Assembly: GCA_013239625.1 (NCBI GenBank)
Contig: MU054391.1
Location: 8,341,095 to 8,405,094, forward strand
DNA: 64,000 nt
Direction: 5' to 3'
From: Lama guanicoe
Taxonomy: Eukaryota
Under the pieces are notes generated by a model. The model searched no databases. It saw only the letters and a list, made by a program, of their open reading frames with translations, and was not told the DNA's origin. Both the position numbers and the translations under genes were made by a program. Shown here in pieces: positions 13,600-25,880 of the stretch. How positions within the stretch are numbered: position 1 is the first letter of the stretch; the number at the start of each line of letters is the position of its first letter.

Positions 13600-13880
13600 G
13601 TTTATAGGACAGAGGTTGGGACTGAAGGTTTTGCTAATATAGACACATTTGAGATGATCAGTGACATGGGAGTAAACTTTCCAAGGTAATTGTATGCGAG
13701 GCATTAATGGGAAAAAAAGGAGCAAGAGTATAAAATATTATAAAAGTCAATGTTTTAAGAATTCTGGTAATTCTTAGGACTACAGTGTAGGGTGTGTGAC
13801 AGAAAGGAATTGTAGATGAGGCTGAAGCACTGACTGAAATCAGGTCTTGGAAATCCTTTAACATCATGCTCAGGAAATTT
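13600..13880 (-). mobile_element. LINE-2 fragment
   Basis: gtagatgaggctgaagcactgactgaaatcaggtcttggaaatcctttaacatcatgctcaggaaattt. Confidence 0.55.
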
Positions 13881-14039
13881 TTAGAAACTTAGTGTCAATC
13901 ACCAGTTATACTTTCTTTGCCTACAGGGATAGCTGGTTGAATTTGACCTTTCAGTTAGTCAAGCTAGATGTTCGAAATCCTAAGGAAACATGATCCTTGC
14001 CTTTGTGCAACACTTTAACCAGTCCTTACCTCTATTAAC

Positions 14040-14215
14040 ATACTTGGCGATGTTTTTCTTAGAAATTTTATGTTTATATATCTGCCCCACATTAGTCCCT
14101 GAACTGCATATGGAAAACAACTGTGTCTTATTTGTTATTGTTTCCTAGTATGTTGCCACAATTTCTGGCACATAGTATCATACATATAGCATAAACAATT
14201 TCTGTTGGAGTATGT
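14040..14215 (+). mobile_element. LINE-2 3' end
   Basis: actgtgtcttatttgttattgtttcctag..tttctggcacatagta. Confidence 0.55.
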
Positions 14216-14899
14216 TTTAAAAGAATGAACTAGTGTTTGACTGATACTTAGCAAAAAAGTATTGAGTACCCAGAAATGGTATAGGTAATGCCATTTTAAT
14301 TACTCTCATTGTTTAAAGAACACAATAGCAGTGGCAGCAGCCTCTTAAGGCTCCAACTTATGTGTAGAGAAAAGACTGAAAGACAATAGAAGAGCTAACA
14401 TATACTTCAGTTCTCTTGCCTGAAGTGTACGAATAATAATAACTTTGTTTATGGGGATATGAGAAGAGTATCATAAAAGGATACTGGCTGTCTTTGATAT
14501 TTACATATCTCTTCCTGGCATAGAATAGGCTCTTACTTTATGTTTGATAAATGAATGAGTTAATGAATAAACGGCTGGCTGTTTTACTTTTTCAAGGAAA
14601 TCTACTATGTTTAATTTAAAACTTCTGGATCTTTACATAGACATTTCCTACTACTTTGAGGGTTGTGAATACTCCTGACATGCAGCTTTTTATTTTCACA
14701 AGTAATATTTGTGATATGACAGAGATTCTTACCAAAAATCATCCCGTCAAAAACAGTCACAACAGGGGTAAAATTCATCTAGCAGACAATAAATATTAAG
14801 GGAAAAAATTGGTAAATTTCTGAAGTTAAACACATAGGATATTTCTAGATTAGATTCAGATTTTTTCAACGTGCATACTTGAATTCAACTTGAATTGAG

Positions 14900-15050
14900 A
14901 CATGCAAGCCACATTTATGTATACTCACTCTGTTTTAGATACCATTCAAGCACTGAATATACCAATATAAATAAAGCTTAGTCTCTTTGCTCGAGGTCAC
15001 AGTCTTGTCGAAACAAAAGAAGAAAAAAAATAACACATTTTGATGCAATG
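14900..15050 (-). mobile_element. LINE-2 3' end
   Basis: acatttatgtatactcactctgttttagataccattcaagcactgaatatacc..gtcacagtcttg. Confidence 0.5.
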
Positions 15051-16559
15051 TACACTTGTTTTTCAAACCCCACTTCAAGTGTCACCTTATTCAAAAAACA
15101 TGTCTCAATCCTGATCTAAATGATATATACACATTGCACATATTGAAAACCACTTTAGAAATTCAAAGTAAAAGTTACATGTTATTTTTTCTCTGTACCT
15201 ATTTGCTTATAAAGAAAGCACTCCATCCGCTATGGGAGGACTTGAGAGGAAAGTAATTCTCCTAAAGAATTGTAGTAACTTCCTTGCTTTTTCATTTTGA
15301 TCTTCAATTTTACCCTTTGTAAAATGAGCTAAATAGAGATCAGTATACTTCCCTATTTGTTTAATTATACTTTTCTTACAAGAAAAAGAAAAGATCAATT
15401 TTTAGAAGTTTGAAAATGTCTTCCCCTACATGTTCCACAAGGATACTTTCAGCTTTCATGTTTATTATATGAATTTGCCTTTTAGTCCCATTGGGTCCTG
15501 CTTAAACTTACCCTTTGATTTGGCTCGAGTACCCATTATTACCCACCATCAGGGATAAAGTCCTATCAAAATGGTATCTTTAAATGAGCCAGAACAAACC
15601 CAAGTCATCAAATATAATTTCAATGATGAACCTCACCATTTTCCATTTGAATACTTTCCCAAATGGTTGCAATTTATTAATGCCAGATTATAGGAATCCA
15701 TTCATTTTTCCTATTCAGTAAAGAGACAGTTAATGAATGATGCTGACTTGGCCAGGCTTCTAATGAATGATTCTGGAAGTGTGCAGCCCTCAGTGTGAAG
15801 AGATTCAACTAATGCCCGCTGACTATTGACACGGTTTTCATCCATGCAGAATATGTCTCCTCATACAAATTTTAGCTAATGAGATGGTAATAATGTCATC
15901 AAAGTTAAACAGAAGACATTGGGCTTATGACTGTCTTCTCTAAGTACCATTCCATGAACGAATGCATGATCTCCCAGTTTCTTCACTGTTTCCGCACCAC
16001 GGTTGCATTGCTCCAGAGAGATTTCCATAGCAAATGTAGAAAGACATGGTAGGGGCTGGTGCCCATTTTGAAAACTCTGGATAACGAAGAGTAGAAAAAT
16101 GAAATACCTAACTGTTCATATTATTACCACCAGTACTGATAAACACTTTGGCTTAGTTTCTGAACTGGATTTATATTTATCAAGATTGGTAAGTTTTAAA
16201 AAGTTAACATAGAAAGATTCTAAATGGTTCTAAAACATGAGACTGGCATTGACATTTGACGCACACAAAAATCTGAAAGCTTGCATAGCAGGAAGAACAC
16301 GAACTTTCCCAGTGATGGTTAACTCTGGGAGGGACTGGAGATGATGAAAGAACAGAGGGGAGAGACGTTGTCTAGAGATACATATATATATATTTTAAAT
16401 AGTAAAAAGATGGAAGTAAAAGCATTGTTAATTCAATTTCGTTTTCTTTTCTGAAAATGTAACAGTATTAGTATCAAGCTGCTTTAAGGTGGCAATTCCA
16501 GGCTCTAAACAACTGTCCTAGTACTTTAAAAAACTGACGAGATTGTTCCATTTCCCCAG

Positions 16560-17480
16560 CTAATGCATTTTCTCTTTTTAAATATAATTTTCACTGTTAT
16601 CAATGTGACAGATACACAATGGGATAAAAATTGAACTACAAAGCTGATAATAAGAGCAATAACCTGACCCACCTCTTTCTGCTGACCATGCTTTTTCCAG
16701 GAGAGCCACAGCTTTCCTTTGTCTCAGCTATTTATCCTCGTATTTATCCAGTATTTCTAAATAAGATGTATATACATTTTTCTTGCTTATTGGCTTTACA
16801 TATTACCTAAATAAAATACCTTTGGAGAAAAACAAAACAAAACAAAAAAATAGCTATCTTCTCTTTCTCTTATGGTGGATTTTTTTTTTTTTATTTCCCA
16901 TGGTACTCAACATAATAATGACAATGGCAATACTGAATACGATTTATATTCTAGTGATTGGTTTTAAAGAAGGCACTGAGCTAGGTATTTGTGTATTTTC
17001 TCCCCTTTCTAGTCCTTATAAAATCCCTGTAAAGAAAGTATGATTACTTCTGTTTTACAGACGAGACAAATAAAGGATATTAACTTCCTCTTAATAATAC
17101 AGCCAGTAACTGGTAGAATTGAGATTCAAATTCAGATTTGCCTATTCAACAATAGTCCTAAAATAACTAGGCAGATGTCAATCTCCTTGGGCTCCTATAA
17201 TTTTGTATCATGTTTTCACTTGACATGCTTTCGGTATTCTTTTACATCATTAAAAATTCTTTGTAACCAATGTTACTTTGGATGCACAATATTTCAAGTG
17301 AAGAATATATACGTATATATTATTCATTGAGTATCTCTAATTATTATAGTCAATTTAGGCACTCCCTGCTTATTTGCTTTTCCAAACATTGCTATGATAA
17401 ATATCTTTATGCATTATTTGTGCAAGATTTTAAAGAATCCTTTTGTTTTTGTTGCAGGTAATTTCTTAGGTTAGGTTGCC
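16560..17480 (-). mobile_element. Old L1ME-like 3' fragments flanking a MIR
   Basis: aggagagccacagctttcc..; catgttttcacttgacatg..tggatgcacaatattt..atttaggcactccctgcttatttgcttttccaaacattgctatgataaatatcttt. Confidence 0.45.
16915..17150 (-). mobile_element. MIR SINE
   Basis: aggcactgagctaggtattt..ccttataaaatccctgtaaag..tgttttacagacgagacaaataaag..acagccagtaactggtagaattgagattcaaa. Confidence 0.7.
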
Positions 17481-18514
17481 ACTAGTAGGCATGACTTAAA
17501 AAATGATCTGAGAAAAATAATATAAATGGATAATGGCCAGAAAGATAAATCACAATTACACAGGAGCAAAACTAAGTTTGTGGTCTCTGTTAACTATGCA
17601 TTTTATGGAAAATGGAAACCAGTTCCCTGTGGGCAGCTGGCAACATCAAACTAGAGCCTAAAGAAACCTATCCTTAAATAGAAATATTTAAGTTCTGCTT
17701 TCACTTACAAATTATTTTAAATTGTAATCTCTTGGAGAATAACATTTTCTTACAAACAGTAGAGGTGTTTTATACATCATATACAATATTAACATAATTA
17801 TTATATGCAATATACAATTACTATAAAATAATATTCCAAAACACAAAATTTATTTTTAGTGTCATTACTTCCAGGGAACTTTAATAAATACGTTACTGTT
17901 GGTATTTATGACCAATCTTGCAGGTAAAGAATGCCAAGATCATAGATAGTAGATGGAAGTCTTCCATTTATAGGACGATTGGCAGACTAGAAATTATGCG
18001 GAAAAAAATCTTGCTTCAAACACTAGAGATAGTATCTTTTAAATGTATAGATGAACTTACAAAAGGAAACAATGGAGACAGAGGAACCGAAAGCTGAGAA
18101 CTTGAACGACAGGCTGCCTCAGGCATCTGCTGGAAACAAGCATTAACTGAGGTAGAACACAGGGGGCAAGGCCTTGGATCCCATGTATGGTTGAGAGTCA
18201 GATTTCTAGACACATGTATTAAACCATGTCCCTCCAAAGGCTGCATTCTTAGGGAAAGAATGCCCTAGGATTAATTTCATTCTTTGGAAAAATACAACAA
18301 ACAGCAAAAAGAAAAACAAAAAGTAAATCTTAAGGATTGAATCTGGGTTCAAGTGAACAAATAGACAAACAAAAAAACCTTTCTAATAAATTGTAATCAC
18401 CCAACTATCCTCCAACTACTTGTTCAACATGTGAACCTACGTCTATAATCATATCTACATCCATATCCACAATCCCTATCCATCCCCCAATACATACATG
18501 CATACATATATATG

Positions 18515-18830
18515 GAAGAGGGCAGATTTGCTTCCTGATAGGATTAATACAGACAATGTCCTCCACTGGAGCTCAGGTTGGGCACGTTCATTGGTAACCC
18601 TTTTTAAAAGGCTGGGTTTTCCTAAAGTCAGGGTTACTCACCTGTATTATAAACCCACCGTATACACAGCATCTACTTGGAACTACCTCTGCATCACCCA
18701 GTGGGAGCGAGTGAGGGCAACCATCGTCGATGTGAAGCTCTTTCCACCTGCTATGAGTGTCATGAGTGATGAAGTGCTTTGTCTCTGACCCAGGAGTTTC
18801 ACATCTTGTGCTATGAAACTGTAGCTTACA
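18515..18830 (+). mobile_element. ERV1 LTR fragment (MER90/MER110-like)
   Basis: tttaaaaggctgggttttcctaaagtcagggttactcacctg..aaacccaccg..cagcatctacttgg..gtgctttgtctctgacccaggagtttc..atgaaactgt. Confidence 0.65.
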
Positions 18831-18839
18831 TGTAGCTCT

Positions 18840-19140
18840 TAGCTTCCATTATCTCTCTTTATTTATCTTCAGACATATAGATTGTATCTTCAGACATAAC
18901 AGATTTCTTGTTATTCCCAAACTGTGGTTCAACTTTCTCTTTCAACTCTCCCTTTGAGTATACTATTTAGTTTACTGGCAAGTTCACTGTCTTACATCTA
19001 CATGTTGAATTCCATTCATCTTTCAAACTCTGTGGCAGATGTTTCTCTTTAAGGAAGACTGCTTAATCCTCCATGTAAATATGATACTGCCTAAATCTGA
19101 AATCAATTTTTGCTGGTTCTATAGATCTCATCTTCCCCAA
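18840..19140 (+). mobile_element. LINE-2 fragment
   Basis: ttcttgttattcccaaac..ttccattcatctttcaaactc..ttctctttaaggaagactgctt. Confidence 0.45.
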
Positions 19141-19174
19141 CCATCATTAGGTTTTATTAGTAGCACTAATAATA

Positions 19175-19420
19175 TTAGCACAAACACTATAACAATAGCA
19201 CCTACAATCTGAGCCATGAACTGAGATATGAGCTTCACAAGAATTATCTCTTATCCTGGAAATTATCTTTTAAAGTAAAATTTTTGATCCTTATTTTACA
19301 GTTGAAGTATTTACACCTCTTAGAAGTCAATAATGTGCCAGCATTTACACAACTAGTGAGTTCTAGAAAGGGAACCTATTTCCATATCTTTTGATATCCA
19401 AACCCATGATCCACTTGTAA
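19175..19420 (-). mobile_element. MIR SINE
   Basis: atccttattttacagttgaag..agaagtcaataatgtgccagcatttacacaactagtgag..tccaaacccatg. Confidence 0.65.
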
Positions 19421-20275
19421 ATACCATAAGATAAGTGATTATATAAATCTTATTTCCATAGAATGTTAAAAGTATAAATGCCTGGTCTAAGTTCCTTGGG
19501 CTCTGTTTTTTGCTTCGTAAACTTTACAGTGAATATGCAAGTTTGTGAACATTTAATGTAAGTTTAAGTGATGTTATTGTGATTCACTCAACTCACAGTG
19601 AAAACATAGCACCTAACACATTGTATTTGTCTGCAATTTATTTGGGAGTTGGAGCAAGAACAAGCATCGCTATGACAGAATTATCTGTACAGTTTCCTGT
19701 CACCGAGGAAAAGTGTGCCTCTTACATTAGGTTAACCGGGAGGATTCCATCCAATATTCTTACACTGTTTACATTATTTATTATGTCCCATAGTAAGTCC
19801 ATGGAAACTCTGCTGACACAAAGGTGGGAACAAAGAAAATTAAACTACATATCACAGACAAACAGCCCAGGACAGGAATCAGCAGAGGAATCTGGAAAAT
19901 ATCTTTAAGGCAAGTTTTCTAAGCTGAAGGCCACCAAGGAGCATTAGTTTTGGGTTTAGGCTTTGAAGACAGCGCAATTTAAAATATAAATCAAATTATC
20001 TTTATGAATGTTCACTATCACTAAGGAAAAATAAACACACAAAGGAAGGGTAAAAGGAACAGTTGCAAAACCAAAATGAAAAGAACAGCTTCTTTGAATA
20101 TGCTATCTGCCTCTACTTCTTAATATTAAATAGATGATGCTAATTATATGATGTTAAGTAAAACATCAAAGATTTAAATACATGGCACTATGATCCTTAA
20201 AACAAAACCTATTCAGTTGTGTTCAAATATGTAAGTCCTTCCCTAATTCTGAATTGGATAAATAACTATCTTTCC

Positions 20276-20456
20276 TTTTTTTTTTTAACTTTTTTTTATG
20301 GAGTTACAGTCATTTTACAATGCTGTGTCAAATTCCAGTGTAGAGCACAATTTTTCAGTTATACATGAACATACATATATTCATTGTCACATTTTTTTCG
20401 CTGTGAGCTACCACAAGATCTTGTATATATTTCCCTGTACTATACAGTATCATCTT
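20276..20456 (-). mobile_element. Young lineage-specific L1 3' end, 5'-truncated to ~180 bp
   Basis: Poly(T), then ggagttacagtcattttacaatgctgtgtcaaattccagtgtagagcacaatttttcagttatacatgaacatac..ctaccacaagatcttgtatatatttccctgtactatacagta. Possible TSD atcttt. Confidence 0.85.
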
Positions 20457-21580
20457 TTGTTCTCAGTAGGATGGGTTTGAGCTTATATTACTATCTTTCC
20501 TTTTCTATTTCCCATGTCTGTTATCTATTACTCATTCTCTCTCTCTCTCTTCCTAACCGTCTACCTATCATACCAGGCCTAATTCTTATGGGATTAATTT
20601 CAGGTGATTCTTATTTTCTGCACTCTACCTTCACAATTTGTGCCAAAACCATATTCTTATCCTAAATACAAATGGTTTTGTAAAAGGCTAATTAGACAAA
20701 ACGAAACTAATGAAGGGAAAATTTCTCGGTAATAACTTATTTTTTCAATTTAATACACACTTCTGTGTTGACTATAAAACCATGTATCCTCACAGAGTCA
20801 AGTTTCCTTTCTACTCATACTCTCATTAATTGTGAAGGAAATTATTAGGGGAGGATTGCATAGATCATTGAAATCTCTGCAGCGGAGCTGCTGAGGCTTA
20901 TGAGTCGTGGGAGGAAGCACGGTGATTCCCCTTTTAGAACTTCGGGGCGTGAACTGGAACCCTAAATGAAAGTTTCTCTCTGGCATAACTAGTGTTTTTT
21001 TTTTCCCCAAAAAGATTCCTCTTATCTTTATTCCTGTCAGGCCCAGATTAAGCAATCTGTAGGCCAGGCCTGGTTATTCCTAGATGTGATATATAGAGAG
21101 ACCAATGTCTTTGCTTTGGCAAAATTAGTAAAAATGAGATCAGTGAGGAGATTGTGTTCTTCCTCCAGCTAGTGACCCCTGAGTTGCCTGTGAGATGTGT
21201 TAAAAATTAATTTTCATAAGATAATAATGTATTATGTATTGAGTTTATCCAAATAATAAATATTTAGTGAAACAGAGAAAATAGATACTATATGGAATAC
21301 ATTTGACAAAGTCAGTGCTTTATTGTGATTTTTTTTTGATATAACTTTCAGAATTTTCAAGACTATGAATTTCTTTTATTTTTGAATTGCTTTGTCAACT
21401 GGGGAGTTAGAGCATGATTTAAACATGATTGGGTGACCATTGAGGTACTACACAAGAGATCAGAGAAGCTACTCTAGAGAAATAAATCCGAATCACTCAT
21501 AAAACAACAGGAAATTCTGAAATGTGAACCATTACATTATATACGTGAAGAAATAATTCTGTAGATTTCTGTTCAAGCAT

Positions 21581-21941
21581 TGTCTTGGCTCAGGCTATTA
21601 TAATAAATTAACATAAATGGGGAGGCTTATCAACAACAAAAATTTATTTTCCATAGTTCTCGATGCTGGGAGTCCAAGATCATGGTGTCAGTATGGTCAG
21701 ATTCTAGTAAGAGCCCTCCTCTGGACTACAGGTGGCTGACTGCTCATTGTGTCTTCAGGCAGCAGAAAGAGAGCAAGCTGGCCCCCTGCCCTCTCTCTAT
21801 AAGGGCACTAATCCCCTTCATAAGATGCCTACCCTCATTACCTAATCACTTCCCAAAGGCCCCATCTCCAAATACCATTGTATTAGGGATTAAATTTGAA
21901 CATGGGTCTTTTACGGGGATACAGACATTCAGTTCATAACA
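21581..21941 (-). mobile_element. MLT1A/MLT1A0 solo LTR (ERVL-MaLR)
   Basis: TG...CA termini, 5-bp TSD agcat/agtat, and diagnostic gggagtccaagatcatggtgtcag and ctaatcacttcccaaaggccccatctccaaataccat. Confidence 0.9.
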
Positions 21942-23047
21942 AGTATATACTGTCTTCTTTGATTTCATTCTACTTCTCTTTTTTTTAAGTTTAAGAGTAC
22001 AATATAATGATTTGACATTCTATTTATTTCTAAAGCTTAGCCTAGTGTGCTAAATCAAATCTGGGGATACTCAGTCTTATTCAGCCTTGTGAGCAAGACG
22101 GAGAATCTGAAACAAGAATTTTGAGGAGTTACCAATATAATATGTGGAGAATCACTGATTTTTGTAGTGAGTTTCTGTGAGATGCCCACATGTACGTGTC
22201 CATCTATACATGCAAAGAGGTAGGTATACCAAGAGTGGAGACACTGAATTTTCCTAGCCAAGTGAGGCTCTTATGAGTGTTCATAATCTTGTTTTCACCA
22301 TATCTGGTGCTAAGGAAAGGGATGCCAAGCAGAAGATGACAGCCGTCTGCAAGTAATGATTAGGACAATGACAATGCAAGAACCACGGTGACCCTATCCA
22401 ATACAGCACAGCAACGTAACAGGAGCTTTCCACAGAGTATTTTCTTTAATCTTAACAATTAGTGTGTGATATTATTTTCTCCATTTTGCTGATGATAAAC
22501 CTAAAATTGTTCATAAAGGAAAATTAGAGGTTAAGGGCAAGTTTGTATTTCAATTTGCCAAGAAACTGAGTAACAGAAATGCTGTGATTTACAGCCGTGC
22601 AGAAAGTAGCTAGATGACTCTGGGAAACCATAGCCCTGCTGACACGACTTAAAAGTTGTCCTGCAAAATGATCCCTGGTATATGATCTTAAAAGATGCTG
22701 TCTGACTCTATGAATTCACGGCACAGAATCTCATCACCCCCTTCTATCCCTTCCAATACTTTTCATGTAATATTCACTAAATGGCTGTTAAATTAAAATG
22801 CATCATGAGGTAAGCTGAGTTTCCCTCTGCAAATTTCCTGCTTTGGGGTCTGGTAATGAACAATAGACCTCTTCTCCTTATTTGAGTGAGGTTAGGCAGT
22901 GCTATTGTGGTCTCTGCAATTAGTAATACGAGTCAAGAAGAATTCTACTTTCAGTAAAATTCAAAAATTCTGTACTTTTGAAAAAAATTTAAACATTATT
23001 TCTATAATGGAAGAAACTGGCATTTCTTTTAGAGACTCTCTGGAAAT

Positions 23048-23110
23048 GCAACAATACGATGAAGCTCAGCATTAGTGGCAACAATACGATGAAGCTCAGC
23101 ATTAGTGGCA
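23048..23110. repeat. Perfect 30-bp tandem duplication
   Basis: gcaacaatacgatgaagctcagcattagtg x2, plus a trailing gca. Confidence 0.97.
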
Positions 23111-23639
23111 TCTTGGAGACCATGGCATGGATTCTATTAATTTAGAAATAAAGAAAATAATCTGAAAGGAAAGGAATAGTTTATTCATGTTAATAGACCT
23201 AGCTCAAATACTAAAACAAAAACAAACTAACTTTATTCACTCACTGGCTTATGAATTCATTGAACAAGCATCTACAGAGTCTGTTCTATATGTGCGGAAA
23301 AGTGCTATGCCCTGGAGAGACGGAAAGGAAACCCACAGAGGTGGATGTAATATAGGCCATGGTGACGTGGATACTCTACAACTTGTCATCTGGGGTGACA
23401 AAGGCAAGTTCAAGGTCCTGAGAACCTCAGCACATCATGGTGAATCTTAGTCTCCGAGGGCGCAGCTTTAGCTCTGCCCAGGAAGCTATGTTGTGTGCAC
23501 ATTGCACATGGATGTGACTCCTGATAATCTTGTGCTTTTATACAATGTAATTTAGTAAAGAAATAACCTTTACTGTATGCCAAGCTCTGCAGTATGTACT
23601 TTACAGACATTATACTTTTGTTGTTATTATGGAAGACTT

Positions 23640-24410
23640 CAGTGTTAAAAAATACATAAATCTTAAGTGTCCAAAAAACCAACATGCTTCTTTTTAAACA
23701 AAGAGCATCATCAAGATCGTTAAAATACCGCTGCCCCTCCCTAACCCAAACCTTCAGTGCAACCTAAATAGCACCACTGATAGTATCATGGGATTTTCAA
23801 TAATTCCTTCGGTTGTACTTATAGTCTGACTACATATGCACACATATTATATCATTAGAATCTATTCAGGTATGTGAATTTTTGAAGAGTTTTGAAATTT
23901 AAGATAAAAAGAGATCTACTGTATCTACCTTTGTGCAATTTGGTTTCCGTTTTCAACTTTATGTTTGTGAGATTCACCCATGTTGACATAATTAGTTCTT
24001 TACACAAACACACAGATATTCCCCCATTCCCACGAGAGGGAATATAACTACTAAAATAAGTGAATGTATACAAATAAGAACACACGTGCACAACACATGT
24101 GTATGCATGTCAAAGTTTTGTTAAGTGTGTATGTTTGTGTATCTACGTATCTGTGTGTGTGTACGAGAACACTCATAAGGCTCATAAATAGGGATTCATC
24201 ATTTTCTAAGTTGCATTTCTCCCAATTACAATGCATTTTCCCCAGATCTTATTTATCATGTTTGTCTTTTTGTTTTCAAAACACTCAGTTAATTAACTCA
24301 CTAAATATTCTATTATTTCTCTTCATGCCTAATATAGATTTCCAGTCTGTGTAATTGTCATTTATAAACAGCTGCATTAAATATGTGTGTGTTCATTCGT
24401 GAATGAATTT
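23640..24410 (-). mobile_element. L1ME-like 3' end fragments
   Basis: tactgtatctacctttgtgcaatttggtttccgttttcaactttatgtttgtgagattcacccatgttgac. Confidence 0.6.
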
Positions 24411-24429
24411 TTAGAAATCAATGAGATTT

Positions 24430-24660
24430 CGTAGTCAAATGCACAAGGTCTCGACACAGAACACCTATAATGGCATTACTACCTTGGGCAAATTAATCGC
24501 TCTAAGTATCTTGCTAATTATGTGTGTTCTCTTCTGCAAACTGTCTATTGAGTAAGAATTTCAGTGGATTGTTGTGATAACAAAATGATTTAATTCACTT
24601 AGTGACTTAGAAAGAGCCTCACACATGGTTACCAGTTAATAAATGTTAGTAAATTATATT
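24430..24660 (+). mobile_element. MIR SINE
   Basis: accttgggcaaattaat..ggattgttgtgataacaaaatga..gacttagaaagagcctcacacatggt..aataaatgttag. Confidence 0.65.
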
Positions 24661-25329
24661 ATCTAAAATACATAGCCCAACTGTGGGATATGAAATATTG
24701 TAACTTTGCGTAGGATACAAGGTTAAAAAGATCATGACGTATCAGTGGTTAAACACAGAAACATTAGCTAGAAGAAAAAAATATGTATGGTATAATCATT
24801 AATAGCATATTTGATCTTTTATTTGAAAAGGACAAATTCACATCAAAGGCAGAAGGGAAAATGCCTTTTCTGGTTTCACAGCAAATGAGCAGTAAGTGCT
24901 TTTACAGTTTCTCTCCTGCCATTGGGAAAGTTGTGGGCTCTCGCCATCCATTGTCCTGTCCCTGGCATCTCCCTCATCTTAAATTGTACATTATGGTGGC
25001 TACTGTCTGGCTCTCCAAGGAAAGAACAAATTGCCTTCTGTTTATTTCCTCCATCAATCAGGCAAGGCAATAGGCTGTTTCCTCACACCCCAGAAATATG
25101 TCCAGCTCAATTCAAGCCCCAGTAGTTGGAAAGTGTCCAAAGTCAGAATAAAGGATGCAAGATTTGAAGACAAGAGTTCATAAAAAGTAAGTATGCCCAC
25201 TCGAAAATTTTAATTGTGGTCTGCTTTTCTGACTCCTGGCAAAACTGAATAGTTTTTTGGAACAATAATGAAAAAGGCATGAGATTGGAGGGAAAAAGTC
25301 TTTGTCTTACTGCTGTTTCTGAAAGAGTG

Positions 25330-25880
25330 ATATAGTATCCAGCAGGCCCCCTTTATCTCCTTCACTTACTCATATATGGATGTTGATAGACAAATCTTCA
25401 GCGTCACATCCAAGCCTTCTAAGGCTGTGTTGCTCCACTCTTTCCTCCTTAATAGCTCATCCTCTTATTCTCACTTCTCTCCGCTACCCACTTCCTAGTT
25501 CTAATACACTCTCTGCAATGTCTCTAGGTATTTTTTAAAATAATTTTTCTGGGTAGAATGATTTTATTGGCCCCCTTTGTCAACCTTCCTCACTTCTAGG
25601 CATTATTTAACCCAGCATGGATGCCATACTTCTCCTTGGATCTTTCCAAAATCCCTCCTTCTGAATTGTTTACCAAATTTGTTGTGCCTTTTCTATACCT
25701 AGTTTATACCAAATAATATGATGGCACTGTGTATTATTATTTACTGTTGTATATTATTGTTGTAAATACCCCAAGCCCCTCAACACAGGCATATAAAATG
25801 GACCACATTTTATTCATTATTAATGCCCAGTTTATATCATGGCTCATGCATTGGCTAAATAATTTTTTGTTGAATGAATG
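25330..25880 (+). mobile_element. LINE-2 fragment including 3' tail
   Basis: Pyrimidine-rich L2 body ending tcatggctcatgcattggctaaataattttttgttgaatgaatg. Confidence 0.6.

Noticed and set aside
23048..23110. 30-bp repeat as a CRISPR array
   Set aside because: Only two copies, directly adjacent with no spacer, no cas genes, in mammalian DNA.
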